A DNA stretch of 35,870 bases, from NCBI GenBank assembly GCA_031264715.1, contig JAISDP010000231.1, positions 1 to 35,870 of the forward strand. The letters run 5' to 3'. Positions 16,861 through 25,805 of this stretch are shown here, piece by piece. The position numbers were made by a program, and so were the translations under genes. Position 1 is the first letter of the stretch, and each line of letters opens with the position of its first letter. Under the pieces are notes generated by a model, which saw nothing but the letters and a program-made list of their open reading frames with translations, did not search any database and was not told the DNA's origin. This DNA is from Bacteroidales bacterium. GTDB lineage: Bacteria; Bacteroidota; Bacteroidia; Bacteroidales; UBA4181.

Positions 16861-19260
16861 ATGGAAAATCAAAATATTTCCCAGAACGACGAATTTCTGA
16901 TTAACAATCTGTGGAATAAATATATCAAATATTGGCCATGGTTTGTACTGTCTGTTTTGTTGTGCTGCGGACTGGCAGTCGTGTATATCAAATCGACCTC
17001 CAAAACATATAAGCGAACTGCCACCGTCCTGGTCAGGGAGGATAACCGCCAGGACATCACGGCGGCTTTCAGCAACGATCATAGACAATGGGGGGAGAAA
17101 AATGTCAATGTGAATAATGAAATAGAGGCGTTCAAATCACCGGAATTGATTCAGGAGGTGGTACAGCGCTTGAAATTGAACATTGGTTACGTAATGAAAG
17201 ACGGATTGAAACAAGTGGACTTGTACGCTCAATCGCCTGTCATAGCCGAATTTCCCAATTCCCGCGAAGGAGAATCATTTAGTTTTCAAATAGAACTGTT
17301 ACCCGACAGTGTCGTTGTTCTTTCCAATTTTGTTCAAAAGACATCTACAAACAGGAAAGTTGAAATAAAGCAAGACATTAAAACCAAATTTAACGAAGAA
17401 ACATCGACTCCCATAGGTAATGTTATCATTTCTCCATCGTTATATTATTCATCCGGGCAGTTTCAGGTACCCGTGGTGGTGACTAAAGGCAGCGTCAAAA
17501 ACGTTGCCCTGTGGTATGCAAAGTATTTGACTGTTTCTCTTTCGAGTAAGCAGAATACGATCATTGTTCTGGATATGGAAGATGTATCCATTCAAAGGGC
17601 AGAGGATTTTTTGAATACTTTGATGAGCGTTTACAATGAAAGCAGTCTGGCCGAGAAAAACAGGGAAACCAAATCAACCCTGGAATTTCTCAACGAACGG
17701 ATTCCGCTCATCGAACAGGAATTGAAGACTATTGACGACAGGCTAGCCCAATACAAAAGCACATACAAGGTTACCGATACCCGTGTAGCCGGATCAATGG
17801 ACATGTCGCAATCCAGGGAATATTCAAGTAAAGCGCTGGAGGTAAACACCCAGATCAACATCGCTGGATTTATCAGGGATCATCTGGCCAAAAACTCTAA
17901 AACTGCTGAAATGATACCGGAGCTGGGATTGAAAAACCCTGCAATTGAATCCTACATCAGCCAGTACAACGCCAAACTTTTTGACCGGAACAAACTGATC
18001 ACCAATGGCGGCGAGAATAACCCGGCGATTGTAACCCTGAACAGCGAATTGCAGTCTTTGCGGCAATCCCTGATCCATACGGTCGACAACCTGATAACAA
18101 CCCTCAACATGCAAATGTCGGATTTCCGGTCGCAGGAGGACAGGATGACCAGCCGGATAGCATCCAATCCCGTGCAGGAAAAACAATTGTTATCTATTGA
18201 GCGCGAGCAGAATCTCAAGGCTGACCTGCTTCTTTATTTATTGCAAAAACGTTCGGAAAACGAAATGGCGCTGACGGTCAATACAACCAATTCGCGTGTG
18301 ATTAGCCGGCCTTCGGGCGGTATGAGTCCTGTGAAACCGAATAAATACATAGCATTGCTGATCGCTTTTTTTGTTGGGGTTGGCGTGCCCGGAGGCGTCA
18401 TCTGGGGGCGCGACAGCATCAATACGTCCATTCGCGACAAAAAAGACGTTGAAAGTTTGCCTGTTCCGCTTTTGGGTGTCATCCCCGAATCGAAAAAGCG
18501 CGGAATGCTTCTTGTCCGGGATGATGGGAAAGACGCCGTGAACGAGGCGTTCCGCATCCTCCGTACTAACTTGGGGCTCATCGGGATGAAGGACGCAAAG
18601 GTGATTCATTTTACTTCCCTGGAATCCGGAACCGGAAAAACATTCATGGCTTTAAACCTGGCCATGACTTTTGCCGTTGCCGGTAAAAGAGTCATACTTT
18701 TAGACCTGGATTTGAGAAGGGCGACCTTGAGCAGGATGACCGGATGCAAGCCCATAGGCATTTCACAGTTGCTGGAGCAACAATTAAATGAAGACCTGTT
18801 TATCGAAAATAATTATATCCATGCCGGTTTTGATATCCTGCCCGCAGGCGATAAGCCCTCAAAGCCCTCCGAATTGCTGATGAGCGAGCATTTAAAACTG
18901 CTGATAGCTAAATTGAAAGCTAAATACGATTATGTTTTTCTCGACAGCACCCCGGCAAATATACTGGCCGATGCAACTATTACCGCCCAACTTGCCGACC
19001 TTTCCATATTTGTAGTGCGCGAAAAATTCACCGACAGGCGAAAAATTGCCGAAATCAAGAATTTGTATCGCGGCGGAAAATTCAGGAATATGCACATTGT
19101 ATTGAATGGTTCCGTTACTGAAAACACCTCCGACAAGTATCATGAATACGATGACAAAAACAGCAAAAATGTACCCCTGATACCCAAAGCATCATTCCAT
19201 GAATTGAAAATGTCGGAATTTTTGCTTCACGACAAAAACCACGAGGAAAACGACGGATAA
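16861..19260 (+). CDS. wzc: Polysaccharide co-polymerase / tyrosine autokinase (Wzc/GumC-like, PCP-2a)
   Basis: N-terminal Wzz-type TM (YWPWFVLSVLLCCGLAVVYI), a long coiled periplasmic region and a second TM (YIALLIAFFVGVGVPGG). C-terminal P-loop kinase with Walker A SLESGTGKTF, DLDLRR and Walker B YVFLDSTP. Confidence 0.9.
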   Translation: MENQNISQNDEFLINNLWNKYIKYWPWFVLSVLLCCGLAVVYIKSTSKTYKRTATVLVREDNRQDITAAFSNDHRQWGEKNVNVNNEIEAFKSPELIQEVVQRLKLNIGYVMKDGLKQVDLYAQSPVIAEFPNSREGESFSFQIELLPDSVVVLSNFVQKTSTNRKVEIKQDIKTKFNEETSTPIGNVIISPSLYYSSGQFQVPVVVTKGSVKNVALWYAKYLTVSLSSKQNTIIVLDMEDVSIQRAEDFLNTLMSVYNESSLAEKNRETKSTLEFLNERIPLIEQELKTIDDRLAQYKSTYKVTDTRVAGSMDMSQSREYSSKALEVNTQINIAGFIRDHLAKNSKTAEMIPELGLKNPAIESYISQYNAKLFDRNKLITNGGENNPAIVTLNSELQSLRQSLIHTVDNLITTLNMQMSDFRSQEDRMTSRIASNPVQEKQLLSIEREQNLKADLLLYLLQKRSENEMALTVNTTNSRVISRPSGGMSPVKPNKYIALLIAFFVGVGVPGGVIWGRDSINTSIRDKKDVESLPVPLLGVIPESKKRGMLLVRDDGKDAVNEAFRILRTNLGLIGMKDAKVIHFTSLESGTGKTFMALNLAMTFAVAGKRVILLDLDLRRATLSRMTGCKPIGISQLLEQQLNEDLFIENNYIHAGFDILPAGDKPSKPSELLMSEHLKLLIAKLKAKYDYVFLDSTPANILADATITAQLADLSIFVVREKFTDRRKIAEIKNLYRGGKFRNMHIVLNGSVTENTSDKYHEYDDKNSKNVPLIPKASFHELKMSEFLLHDKNHEENDG

Positions 19261-19264
19261 TAAT

Positions 19265-19298
19265 AAATTAAGAATTAAAAATTAAGAATTAAAAATTA
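19265..19298. repeat. AT-rich element with a perfect 14-bp tandem duplication (ATTAAGAATTAAAA x2)
   Basis: Units at 19267-19280 and 19281-19294 are identical. The same AATTAAGAATTAA-type sequence recurs in inverted orientation at 25757-25791. Confidence 0.8.
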
Positions 19299-19360
19299 TA
19301 TAGGCTCTATAACGAATTGTATGGGTAAAAAGGAGAGATACGCGGTATCAGTTTGCATTA

Positions 19361-19436
19361 ATGACTTGAAAAGTCATCATTTCCATAACCGGAGGTCGTT
19401 GACCTGCGGTTACGAAAATTGAATCCTTTCAGGATT
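19361..19436 (+). other. Three consecutive short hairpins in the wzc-acyltransferase spacer
   Basis: 19361-19377 is ATGACTT-GAA-AAGTCAT. 19386-19412 is TAACCG-G-AGGTC-GTT-GACCT-G-CGGTTA. 19422-19436 is AATCCT-TTC-AGGATT followed by TTGA. Function unknown (weak terminator or processing site, or a REP-like repeat). Confidence 0.55.
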
Positions 19437-19505
19437 TTGAATTACCCACACAAAACGTTATAGAACCATTATATATATAACCACATATAACCCGTTAACC
19501 TTTTT

Positions 19506-20597
19506 ATGACCAACGAAGAATTACAGTCCAAAACCATCAACTGGTTGAGGTTTCCGCTGATTGCCATGGTCGTGTTAGCGCATACTGTCACTGATGACGA
19601 TACATTACGCGAATATGTTTCACTCATTGATTATAAACATCTATCCGGCATGGATGTTAGCAATTTAACCCGTTTCCTTTTGTCAGCCGTTGTTCCCTAC
19701 GTTATAGTTCCCTGTTTTTTTATGTTTTCGGGATTCCTGTTCTTTTATAAGACTAAGAATGTATGGAACAGAAATATTTATCTCGGAAAAATCAAAAGCA
19801 GAATAAAGACATTACTGATTCCATACCTGCTGTGGAATATCATTCCGGTGGCTCTGGTGGCGCTGCTTGCTTTCATGAAGTTTGACGGCAGTTTGCGATC
19901 TATAATGAATGAATTGCAGGAAAAGGGGATATTGAAAATATTCTGGAATTATTATCATGAGGCCTTTGTTTCATATCCATATAACGCTCCTTTATGGTAT
20001 GTGAGGGATTTGATCATTGTTGCCCTTTGCTCTCCGCTGGTCTATTATTTTGTAAAATACACAAAGCTTTTGGGTACCGTCATTTTGGGTATCCTTTTTT
20101 TCGTGGGAAATGCAAGGTTTCCGGTCGTCGCGTTCTTTTTCACTTTTGGCGCATATTTTGCCGTTCATGGCAGGAACATGATCATGGAATTACGGAAAGG
20201 CCGGTGGATTTGGCTGTGTTCTACCGTCATTACCTTGATTTTATCCGTATATTATACAGGGAGCGATAAATATATTTATCCTTTCATCCTGTTCAATATA
20301 TTCGGTTGTTTCGTAACTATCAATATTGCATCCCGATTGATAGAACGCGGCTATGTTACCATCAATCGGTCTTCCTTTCTGTCCCGGACGGGTTTCTTTA
20401 TTTATGCGGCGCACGGAATGATATTGAGAACATGTATTAAATTGCTGAATATCACATTCAATTCAACCGGCGCCCTTATCCTGGGCGTGAAATTTTTTCT
20501 TGCGCCGGCTGTTTGTGTATCTGTTTGTGTGGCGCTATACTGGATTGCTGATAAAACAGTTCCCAAATTGTTGGGCATATTGACAGGCAGCAGATAA
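19506..20597 (+). CDS. Acyltransferase family 3 membrane protein (putative polysaccharide O-acyltransferase), paralog 1
   Basis: 363 aa and polytopic. N-terminal LRFPLIAMVVLAHT plus multiple hydrophobic helices is typical of the Acyl_transf_3 family. Confidence 0.8.
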   Translation: MTNEELQSKTINWLRFPLIAMVVLAHTVTDDDTLREYVSLIDYKHLSGMDVSNLTRFLLSAVVPYVIVPCFFMFSGFLFFYKTKNVWNRNIYLGKIKSRIKTLLIPYLLWNIIPVALVALLAFMKFDGSLRSIMNELQEKGILKIFWNYYHEAFVSYPYNAPLWYVRDLIIVALCSPLVYYFVKYTKLLGTVILGILFFVGNARFPVVAFFFTFGAYFAVHGRNMIMELRKGRWIWLCSTVITLILSVYYTGSDKYIYPFILFNIFGCFVTINIASRLIERGYVTINRSSFLSRTGFFIYAAHGMILRTCIKLLNITFNSTGALILGVKFFLAPAVCVSVCVALYWIADKTVPKLLGILTGSR

Positions 20598-20624
20598 GCA
20601 TCGAAATATTTTACAGTTTTTTAC

Positions 20625-21719
20625 ATGACCAGCGAAGAATTGCAATCCAAAACCATCAATTGTTTGAGGTTTCCGCTGACTGCCGGCGTCGTATTAGCGC
20701 ATACCGTCAGCGACAGAGATTGGTTAAAGGAGTATATTCCACACATTGACTATACACTCCTGTCCGGTACGGATATTTACAATTTAATGCGTATTCTTTT
20801 GTCGGACTTTATTCCCCGCGCTGTAACAGTCCCCTGTTTTTTTGTATTTTCCGGATTTTTATTTTTCTATAAGGGTAAAGTATGGAATAGGAATATCTAT
20901 TTCGGAAAAATCAAAAGCAGGACAAAGACATTGGTGATTCCATACCTGCTGTGGAACATCATTCCGTTGGCTCTGGCGGCCTTGTTTGCTTTCATGAGGT
21001 TTGACGGCAGTTTATCGGAATTGATGAGTAAATTGCAGGAAAACGGGATATTCACAATATTCTGGAATTATTCTTGTGACGGCTCTGTTTCATATCCATA
21101 TAATATTCCCATGTGGTATGTGAGAGATCTGATCGTTGCTGCCTTTTGTTCGCCACTGGTCTATTATTTTGTAAAATACGCAAAACTGATAGGTGTCGTC
21201 ATATTGGGCGTCTCTTATGTTTTATTGACGGGTATGGGTATATGGTTTCCGCTCGTCATGTTCTTTTTCACCCTTGGCGCCTGGTTGGCTGTTCATGGCA
21301 AGAACATGGTCGTGGAATCGCGGAAGGGTAAATGGTTTTGGTTCTGTTGTCTGATCGTTACATTGATTTTATCCGTGTATTGCCTGGGAACTGACAAATT
21401 TGGTTATATTTTTGCTTTGTGTAATGTCTCCGGCAGTATCACAATGATCAATATAGCATCCCGATTAATAGAACGCGGTCGTGTTGCCATTCATCCTTTT
21501 CTCACCCAGACAAGTTTCTTTATTTATGCGGTGCACGGAGGAATATTATGGAAATGTAATCAAGCGCTGAATATCCTGTTCGATTCAACCGGCATCCCTG
21601 TTTTGACCCTGAAATATTTTCTTGCGCCGGCTGTTTGCGTGTGTATATGTGTGGGAGTGTACTGGGTTGCCGGCAAAACAGTCCCCAAATTATTGAGTAT
21701 ATTGACCGGCAGTAGATAA
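20625..21719 (+). CDS. Acyltransferase family 3 membrane protein, paralog 2 (tandem duplicate)
   Basis: 364 aa and colinear with the preceding gene over its full length (MT[NS]EELQSKTIN.LRFPL..., ...KTVPKLL[GS]ILTGSR). Roughly two-thirds of residues are identical by eye. Confidence 0.8.
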   Translation: MTSEELQSKTINCLRFPLTAGVVLAHTVSDRDWLKEYIPHIDYTLLSGTDIYNLMRILLSDFIPRAVTVPCFFVFSGFLFFYKGKVWNRNIYFGKIKSRTKTLVIPYLLWNIIPLALAALFAFMRFDGSLSELMSKLQENGIFTIFWNYSCDGSVSYPYNIPMWYVRDLIVAAFCSPLVYYFVKYAKLIGVVILGVSYVLLTGMGIWFPLVMFFFTLGAWLAVHGKNMVVESRKGKWFWFCCLIVTLILSVYCLGTDKFGYIFALCNVSGSITMINIASRLIERGRVAIHPFLTQTSFFIYAVHGGILWKCNQALNILFDSTGIPVLTLKYFLAPAVCVCICVGVYWVAGKTVPKLLSILTGSR

Positions 21720-22910
21720 ATGATGTATTTGTTATTTATATTTGTCATAGTAATTAACCTGTTTTTTAATACTATGATACCGGCATCGTTTGGATTTGGA
21801 GGCCTCAAGATGCTGGTTTTTTTACCCGTTTTGGCGTATTTCGCCGTGAAGGTATTTCTCAAAGAAATACGATATAACAAAGATGCTGTATATGTCATTT
21901 TACTTGCTGTTATCATCATTATTTTCAAAATGGCCCTCGGACAGAGTTATATTTCCGAAGCGGTTCAGCTTTTGATCACTCCCATGCTCATAGCCATGAG
22001 TTTTGAGACCTTGACAGGGAAAGAATTAAATCTTCTTCGCCGGGTAATGATTGGTTTTTTTATCGTCGAATGTGGCTTGTCAATAGTGGAATGGACATTG
22101 AACCGTGCCTTCTTTCTCAACCCCAATTTGCCCAATGAGTTTCTTGACTGGTTTGCAATCTCCGGATTCTTCAGGAGTACGTCGCTTTTGGGACATCCGC
22201 TGGCTAACGCGCAGGTTGTGGCTGTGTTTATGACATTCATCGCTATTTCCGACTTCAAGAAAAAGTACGTACAGATTTTTTTGTTTTTTCTGGGATATCT
22301 GTCGCTGTTCTGTTTCAACGCCCGTGGAGCTACCCTGGTTATAACCGCTTTCGTAGCTCCGTATTTTATATGGAAAGTCAACAGGACAACCCCGCAAAAC
22401 AGGAAATGGATCATCAAACTGGGTGTCTTTTGCGTGGTTTTAGGCATAGGTTACATGGTCACGCAAACGTCTTTCGGTGGACGGCTGATGAATATGGAAC
22501 TCATGGATAGTAGCGGCCAGACGCGGTTGGAAGTTTGGGATTTTTACAGGCACTACGACCGTCAGGAAAATTTTATATGGGGACATCCCGGTAATTACCT
22601 GTTCATGATGGACAAATTGGGAGCGGCTGGAGTTGAAAACGGAGTTGTATGTTTGATCCTGGATTGGGGTATTGTTTTTACGATACCTGTCCTGTTATTG
22701 CTTTTCAGGTTTCAGTATCACAGATTGTCCGTATTCTCAAAATTTGACAAATGGCTCCTGCTTGCGGTATTTTACATCATTGGCTTCATGAATCCGAATT
22801 TGGCGGCTCCTCTTCAGTGGACGCTGTGGATTTATGCTTATTATGTATTCCGGCCCCAAGCGCTTCTTCCGCAAACCGAAACTGTTTTTTCAATAGAAAT
22901 TGATGAATAA
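21720..22910 (+). CDS. wzy: O-antigen polymerase/ligase-like (Wzy-type) polytopic membrane protein
   Basis: 396 aa with about 10 predicted hydrophobic helices and a larger loop (RSTSLLGHPLANAQ...). The start abuts the upstream stop (TAAATG). Its position between the acyltransferases and the flippase fits Wzy. Confidence 0.65.
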   Translation: MMYLLFIFVIVINLFFNTMIPASFGFGGLKMLVFLPVLAYFAVKVFLKEIRYNKDAVYVILLAVIIIIFKMALGQSYISEAVQLLITPMLIAMSFETLTGKELNLLRRVMIGFFIVECGLSIVEWTLNRAFFLNPNLPNEFLDWFAISGFFRSTSLLGHPLANAQVVAVFMTFIAISDFKKKYVQIFLFFLGYLSLFCFNARGATLVITAFVAPYFIWKVNRTTPQNRKWIIKLGVFCVVLGIGYMVTQTSFGGRLMNMELMDSSGQTRLEVWDFYRHYDRQENFIWGHPGNYLFMMDKLGAAGVENGVVCLILDWGIVFTIPVLLLLFRFQYHRLSVFSKFDKWLLLAVFYIIGFMNPNLAAPLQWTLWIYAYYVFRPQALLPQTETVFSIEIDE

Positions 22911-24402
22911 CCGTATAGCAAAAAACACACTGTATCTCTATCTTCGAATGTTGTTTTCGATGGGGATCACTTTTTATACGACCCGCGTTGTCCTGGCCAC
23001 ATTGGGATTTGATGATTTCGGCATTTACAACGTAGTTGGCAGTGTATTAGCGATGTTTGCCGTTTTAAAGGCATCAATGAGCACCTCAACCTCGCGGTTT
23101 CTGACTTTTGCTTTGGGCCGGGAAGATAAGGAAGAGTTTCGAAAAACGTTTTCGGCTGCTCTTACCATTCATGTTTTAATAGCATTTCTTTTCCTTGTAT
23201 TGGCCGAAACCGCAGGACTGTGGTATCTGGAGAATATCATGGAAATACCCCCGGATAGAATGAATGCGGCGCGTGCTGTTTATCAACTGTCTATCGTAAG
23301 CGCAATGGTAACGATCATACAGGTACCGTATAATGCAGCCATTATTTCGCACGAGCGGATGAATATTTATGCGTATATCGAAATATTGAACGTTTGTTTG
23401 AAACTGGGTATTGTATATTTATTATCCATTGGCCATTGGGATCAGTTGATTTTCTATGCCGTGCTGATGCTGCTTGTTTCCTGCCTCATCACAGGCGTTT
23501 ACAGGCTGTACTGCGTCAAACGGTTTAAAGAGTGTACATACAAATTTGAATGGGACAGGAAAGTAATATATCCTATGCTGACTTTCTCGGGATGGGATAC
23601 GCTGGGCAACGGAGCGGTTATTGGAGCAACGCAGGGAGTCAATCTCCTCTTAAACTCATTTTTCGGCATTTTAGTAAACACCGCATACGGAGTTTGCTAT
23701 CAGATCAACAATGCAGCCATAAATTTTGTGCGTAATTTTCAAATGGCTGTAAATCCTCAAATAGTAAAAAATTATGCTGCCGGAAAGTTAGATGATTTAC
23801 GCAGTTTGATACTTCAAAATGCGAAAATTTCCTTTGTTTTAATGTGGTTGTTATTTCTTCCCATATCATTGAACCTGGAACTTATCCTTCAATTCTGGTT
23901 GGGCGAAGTCCCCGAATACGCAGCAACGTTCTGCCGCCTGGTATTGATACAGTCTTTAATATCCTGTGTGCAGCGGCCTTTTGTGATGACCATCCATGCC
24001 ACGGGAAGAATGAAAGTATTCCAGCTGACCACCGGAACCGTGTTATTATCGGTTTTGCCCGCATCCTGGTTTTTCCTGAAAGCAGGAGGGGCGCCGCATA
24101 TACCTTTCCTGGTTTATATTGCCGCTTCCGCAATAGAGCTGTGTGTTGAACTGTATTTGGTGGGAAAATGGATAAAATTATCTCATATTTCCCTGTTCAA
24201 AAAAGTGTTTGTTCCCATACTTCTCATCATTGCCTGCACGTTGCCCGTTTCGGCATTGGCAGCTTATTATCTGCCGTTTCTGCTGGCTGTCGCAGTTTCG
24301 GGATTATCAGTCTGCGTTTCTGCTTTTTACATTGCTTTTGATAAGGAAACAAGATCAAAAGTATTACAATACGCAAAAAATATACTTTGTCATACCAAGT
24401 AA
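22900..24402 (+). CDS. wzx: Oligosaccharide flippase (Wzx, MOP/polysaccharide biosynthesis protein family)
   Basis: 500 aa. The N-terminus IAKNTLYLYLRMLFSMGITFYTTRVVLATLGFDDFGIYNVVGSVL is typical of Bacteroidetes Wzx-like flippases. About 12-14 hydrophobic segments. It overlaps wzy by 11 nt. Confidence 0.8.
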   Translation: MMNNRIAKNTLYLYLRMLFSMGITFYTTRVVLATLGFDDFGIYNVVGSVLAMFAVLKASMSTSTSRFLTFALGREDKEEFRKTFSAALTIHVLIAFLFLVLAETAGLWYLENIMEIPPDRMNAARAVYQLSIVSAMVTIIQVPYNAAIISHERMNIYAYIEILNVCLKLGIVYLLSIGHWDQLIFYAVLMLLVSCLITGVYRLYCVKRFKECTYKFEWDRKVIYPMLTFSGWDTLGNGAVIGATQGVNLLLNSFFGILVNTAYGVCYQINNAAINFVRNFQMAVNPQIVKNYAAGKLDDLRSLILQNAKISFVLMWLLFLPISLNLELILQFWLGEVPEYAATFCRLVLIQSLISCVQRPFVMTIHATGRMKVFQLTTGTVLLSVLPASWFFLKAGGAPHIPFLVYIAASAIELCVELYLVGKWIKLSHISLFKKVFVPILLIIACTLPVSALAAYYLPFLLAVAVSGLSVCVSAFYIAFDKETRSKVLQYAKNILCHTK

Positions 24403-24418
24403 AAAACATCAAAAGGAA

Positions 24419-25303
24419 ATGATACGGTTTTCAGTCGTCATACCGCTGTACAACAAGGCCAACTTTGTTAAAAAAACGGTTGAGAGCATACTGGCTCAAA
24501 CCTGTAAGGAGTTTGAGATTGTTATCGTCAATGACGGCTCTACCGATAACAGTCTGGCAGTCGTAAGCGAAATAAACGACCCGCGCATTCGTATTTTTAC
24601 CAAACCGAACGGCGGTGTTTCCGATGCGAGAAATTACGGAATTGAAAAAGCGCAATACGGATATATCGCGTTTCTTGATGCCGACGATTTATGGTTGCCC
24701 GACTACCTGGAAACCCAGAAGGGAATGATAGAGCAGTACCCGCAGGCAGGAGTATATGCAACAGGATACACGATTATCTACCGAGCGGGCGACAACTGCG
24801 ACAGAGTGAACGTGAACTTACCCAAAGGTACAGTCCTGTTGATTGACGATTACTGCAAAGCGTTAATAAAAAATGAAATAACGCACCCATGGACAGGGAC
24901 AATTTGTGTAAAAAGGGAGTTATTTAATTGCGTTGATGGATTTATGAAGGGTGTTAAACGGGGTGAGGATGTAGATATGTGGTTGAGATTAAGTCTCATT
25001 TCGCCAGTCGTATGGAAAAATGAAACGAAAGCAATATACAACCTGGTAACCGAAAACAATGCTACCTTTCATTACGATTCATATAAAAACGAGTTTCCGT
25101 ATTGGAAATGGTATAAGTACGATTCTTCCATTTATCTGAAAATGTACACTAACCGTACTATTAAACGACTTTTGACGCATCTCAAATTTAGAGATAAAAT
25201 ATCTGTTTTATCTAAAGTCAATTGGTATTATGTGTGGTTACATGCACTTTATCATCTCGGTTATACAAAAGACCTTAGCCCTGAAAGGCCTGAAAGGGCG
25301 TAA
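24419..25303 (+). CDS. Family 2 glycosyltransferase
   Basis: FSVVIPLYNKANFVKKTVESILAQT...EIVIVNDGSTDNS plus the DxD motif FLDADDLW. The track ORF begins at 24209 inside wzx; ATG 24419 is preferred. Confidence 0.88.
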   Translation: MIRFSVVIPLYNKANFVKKTVESILAQTCKEFEIVIVNDGSTDNSLAVVSEINDPRIRIFTKPNGGVSDARNYGIEKAQYGYIAFLDADDLWLPDYLETQKGMIEQYPQAGVYATGYTIIYRAGDNCDRVNVNLPKGTVLLIDDYCKALIKNEITHPWTGTICVKRELFNCVDGFMKGVKRGEDVDMWLRLSLISPVVWKNETKAIYNLVTENNATFHYDSYKNEFPYWKWYKYDSSIYLKMYTNRTIKRLLTHLKFRDKISVLSKVNWYYVWLHALYHLGYTKDLSPERPERA

Positions 25304-25359
25304 GCCGCGATACAACAGGATATAATTCAAATAAAGCGTTCTTTGACACATTGGTTTAC

Positions 25360-25449
25360 ACGTTTTTAATCAGGAATTGTTTTATATCTTTGCACGACGG
25401 CATATCGGTAGACCCCGTCAGGGGCGGCATATCGGTAGACTTTTCAAGT
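25360..25449 (+). repeat. Repeat element 'A' (paralog of 35655-35716), with an internal promoter-like box and duplicated hairpin/CATATCGGTAG unit
   Basis: 25360-25411 matches 35655-35706 with 3 mismatches in 52 nt (ACGTT[T/C]TTAATCAGGAATTGTTTTATATCTT[T/C]GCACGACGGCATAT[C/T]GGTAG). This copy carries an extra 27-nt duplication (ACCCCGTCAGGGGCGGCATATCGGTAG). TATCTTTG at 25385-25392 matches the -7 consensus; the paralog has TATCTTCG. Confidence 0.85.
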
Positions 25450-25717
25450 GTAAATGGCGTTCCAACGCGTGTAAATGACGTTTCAACGAATGTAAATGGC
25501 GTGCTGCACGCATGTAAATGGCGTTCCAACGCATGTAAATGACGTTCCAACGCGTGTAAATGACGTTCCAACGCGTGTAAATGACGTTCCAACGAATGTA
25601 AATGACGTTCCAACGAATGTAAATGACGTTCCAACGAATGTAAATGGCGTTCCAACGCGTGTAAATGATGTTCCAACGAATGTAAATTGCGTTCCAACGC
25701 GTGTAAATGAGACGAAT
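25450..25717 (+). repeat. 21-bp tandem repeat array, 12 full units plus 1 truncated unit (consensus GTAAATGRCGTTCCAACGMRT)
   Basis: Head-to-tail units start at 25450, 25471, 25492 (22 nt), 25514, 25535, 25556, 25577, 25598, 25619, 25640, 25661 and 25682. A truncated unit sits at 25703-25717. There are no spacers. Each unit contains the mini-palindrome CGTT-CC-AACG. Confidence 0.95.
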
Positions 25718-25756
25718 GTTTTTGTAAATAATAAATAATCAGTAATAATCTTTATA

Positions 25757-25791
25757 AATTCTTAATTCTTAATCTTTAATTCTTAATTTTT
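25757..25791. repeat. AT-rich AATTCTTAATTCTTAA element (inverted copy of 19265-19298)
   Basis: The reverse complement reads AAAAATTAAGAATTAAAGATTAAGAATTAAGAATT. Compare AAATTAAGAATTAAAAATTAAGAATTAAAAATTA at 19265-19298. Confidence 0.7.
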
Positions 25792-25805
25792 AAAATCAAC
25801 TCATC

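Noticed and set aside
25450-25717. CRISPR array
   Set aside because: The repeats are directly abutting with no unique spacers. The 21-bp unit is shorter than typical CRISPR repeats, and there are no cas genes in the window.
25351-25738. ORFs running through the 21-bp array: + strand 25351..25542 and 25496..25738 (VNDVPTR repeats), and - strand 25356..25697 (a striking LERHLH[AS] heptad, leucine-zipper-like and His-rich).
   Set aside because: Unit 3 is 22 nt, so every frame is broken inside the array. The minus-strand ORF's C-terminal segment (MPSCKDIKQFLIKNV) recurs at 35655-35698 as the N-terminus of a different spurious ORF. Conservation is therefore at the DNA level and is not frame-specific. 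I keep a small residual possibility that a repeat peptide is made; ribosome profiling would settle it.
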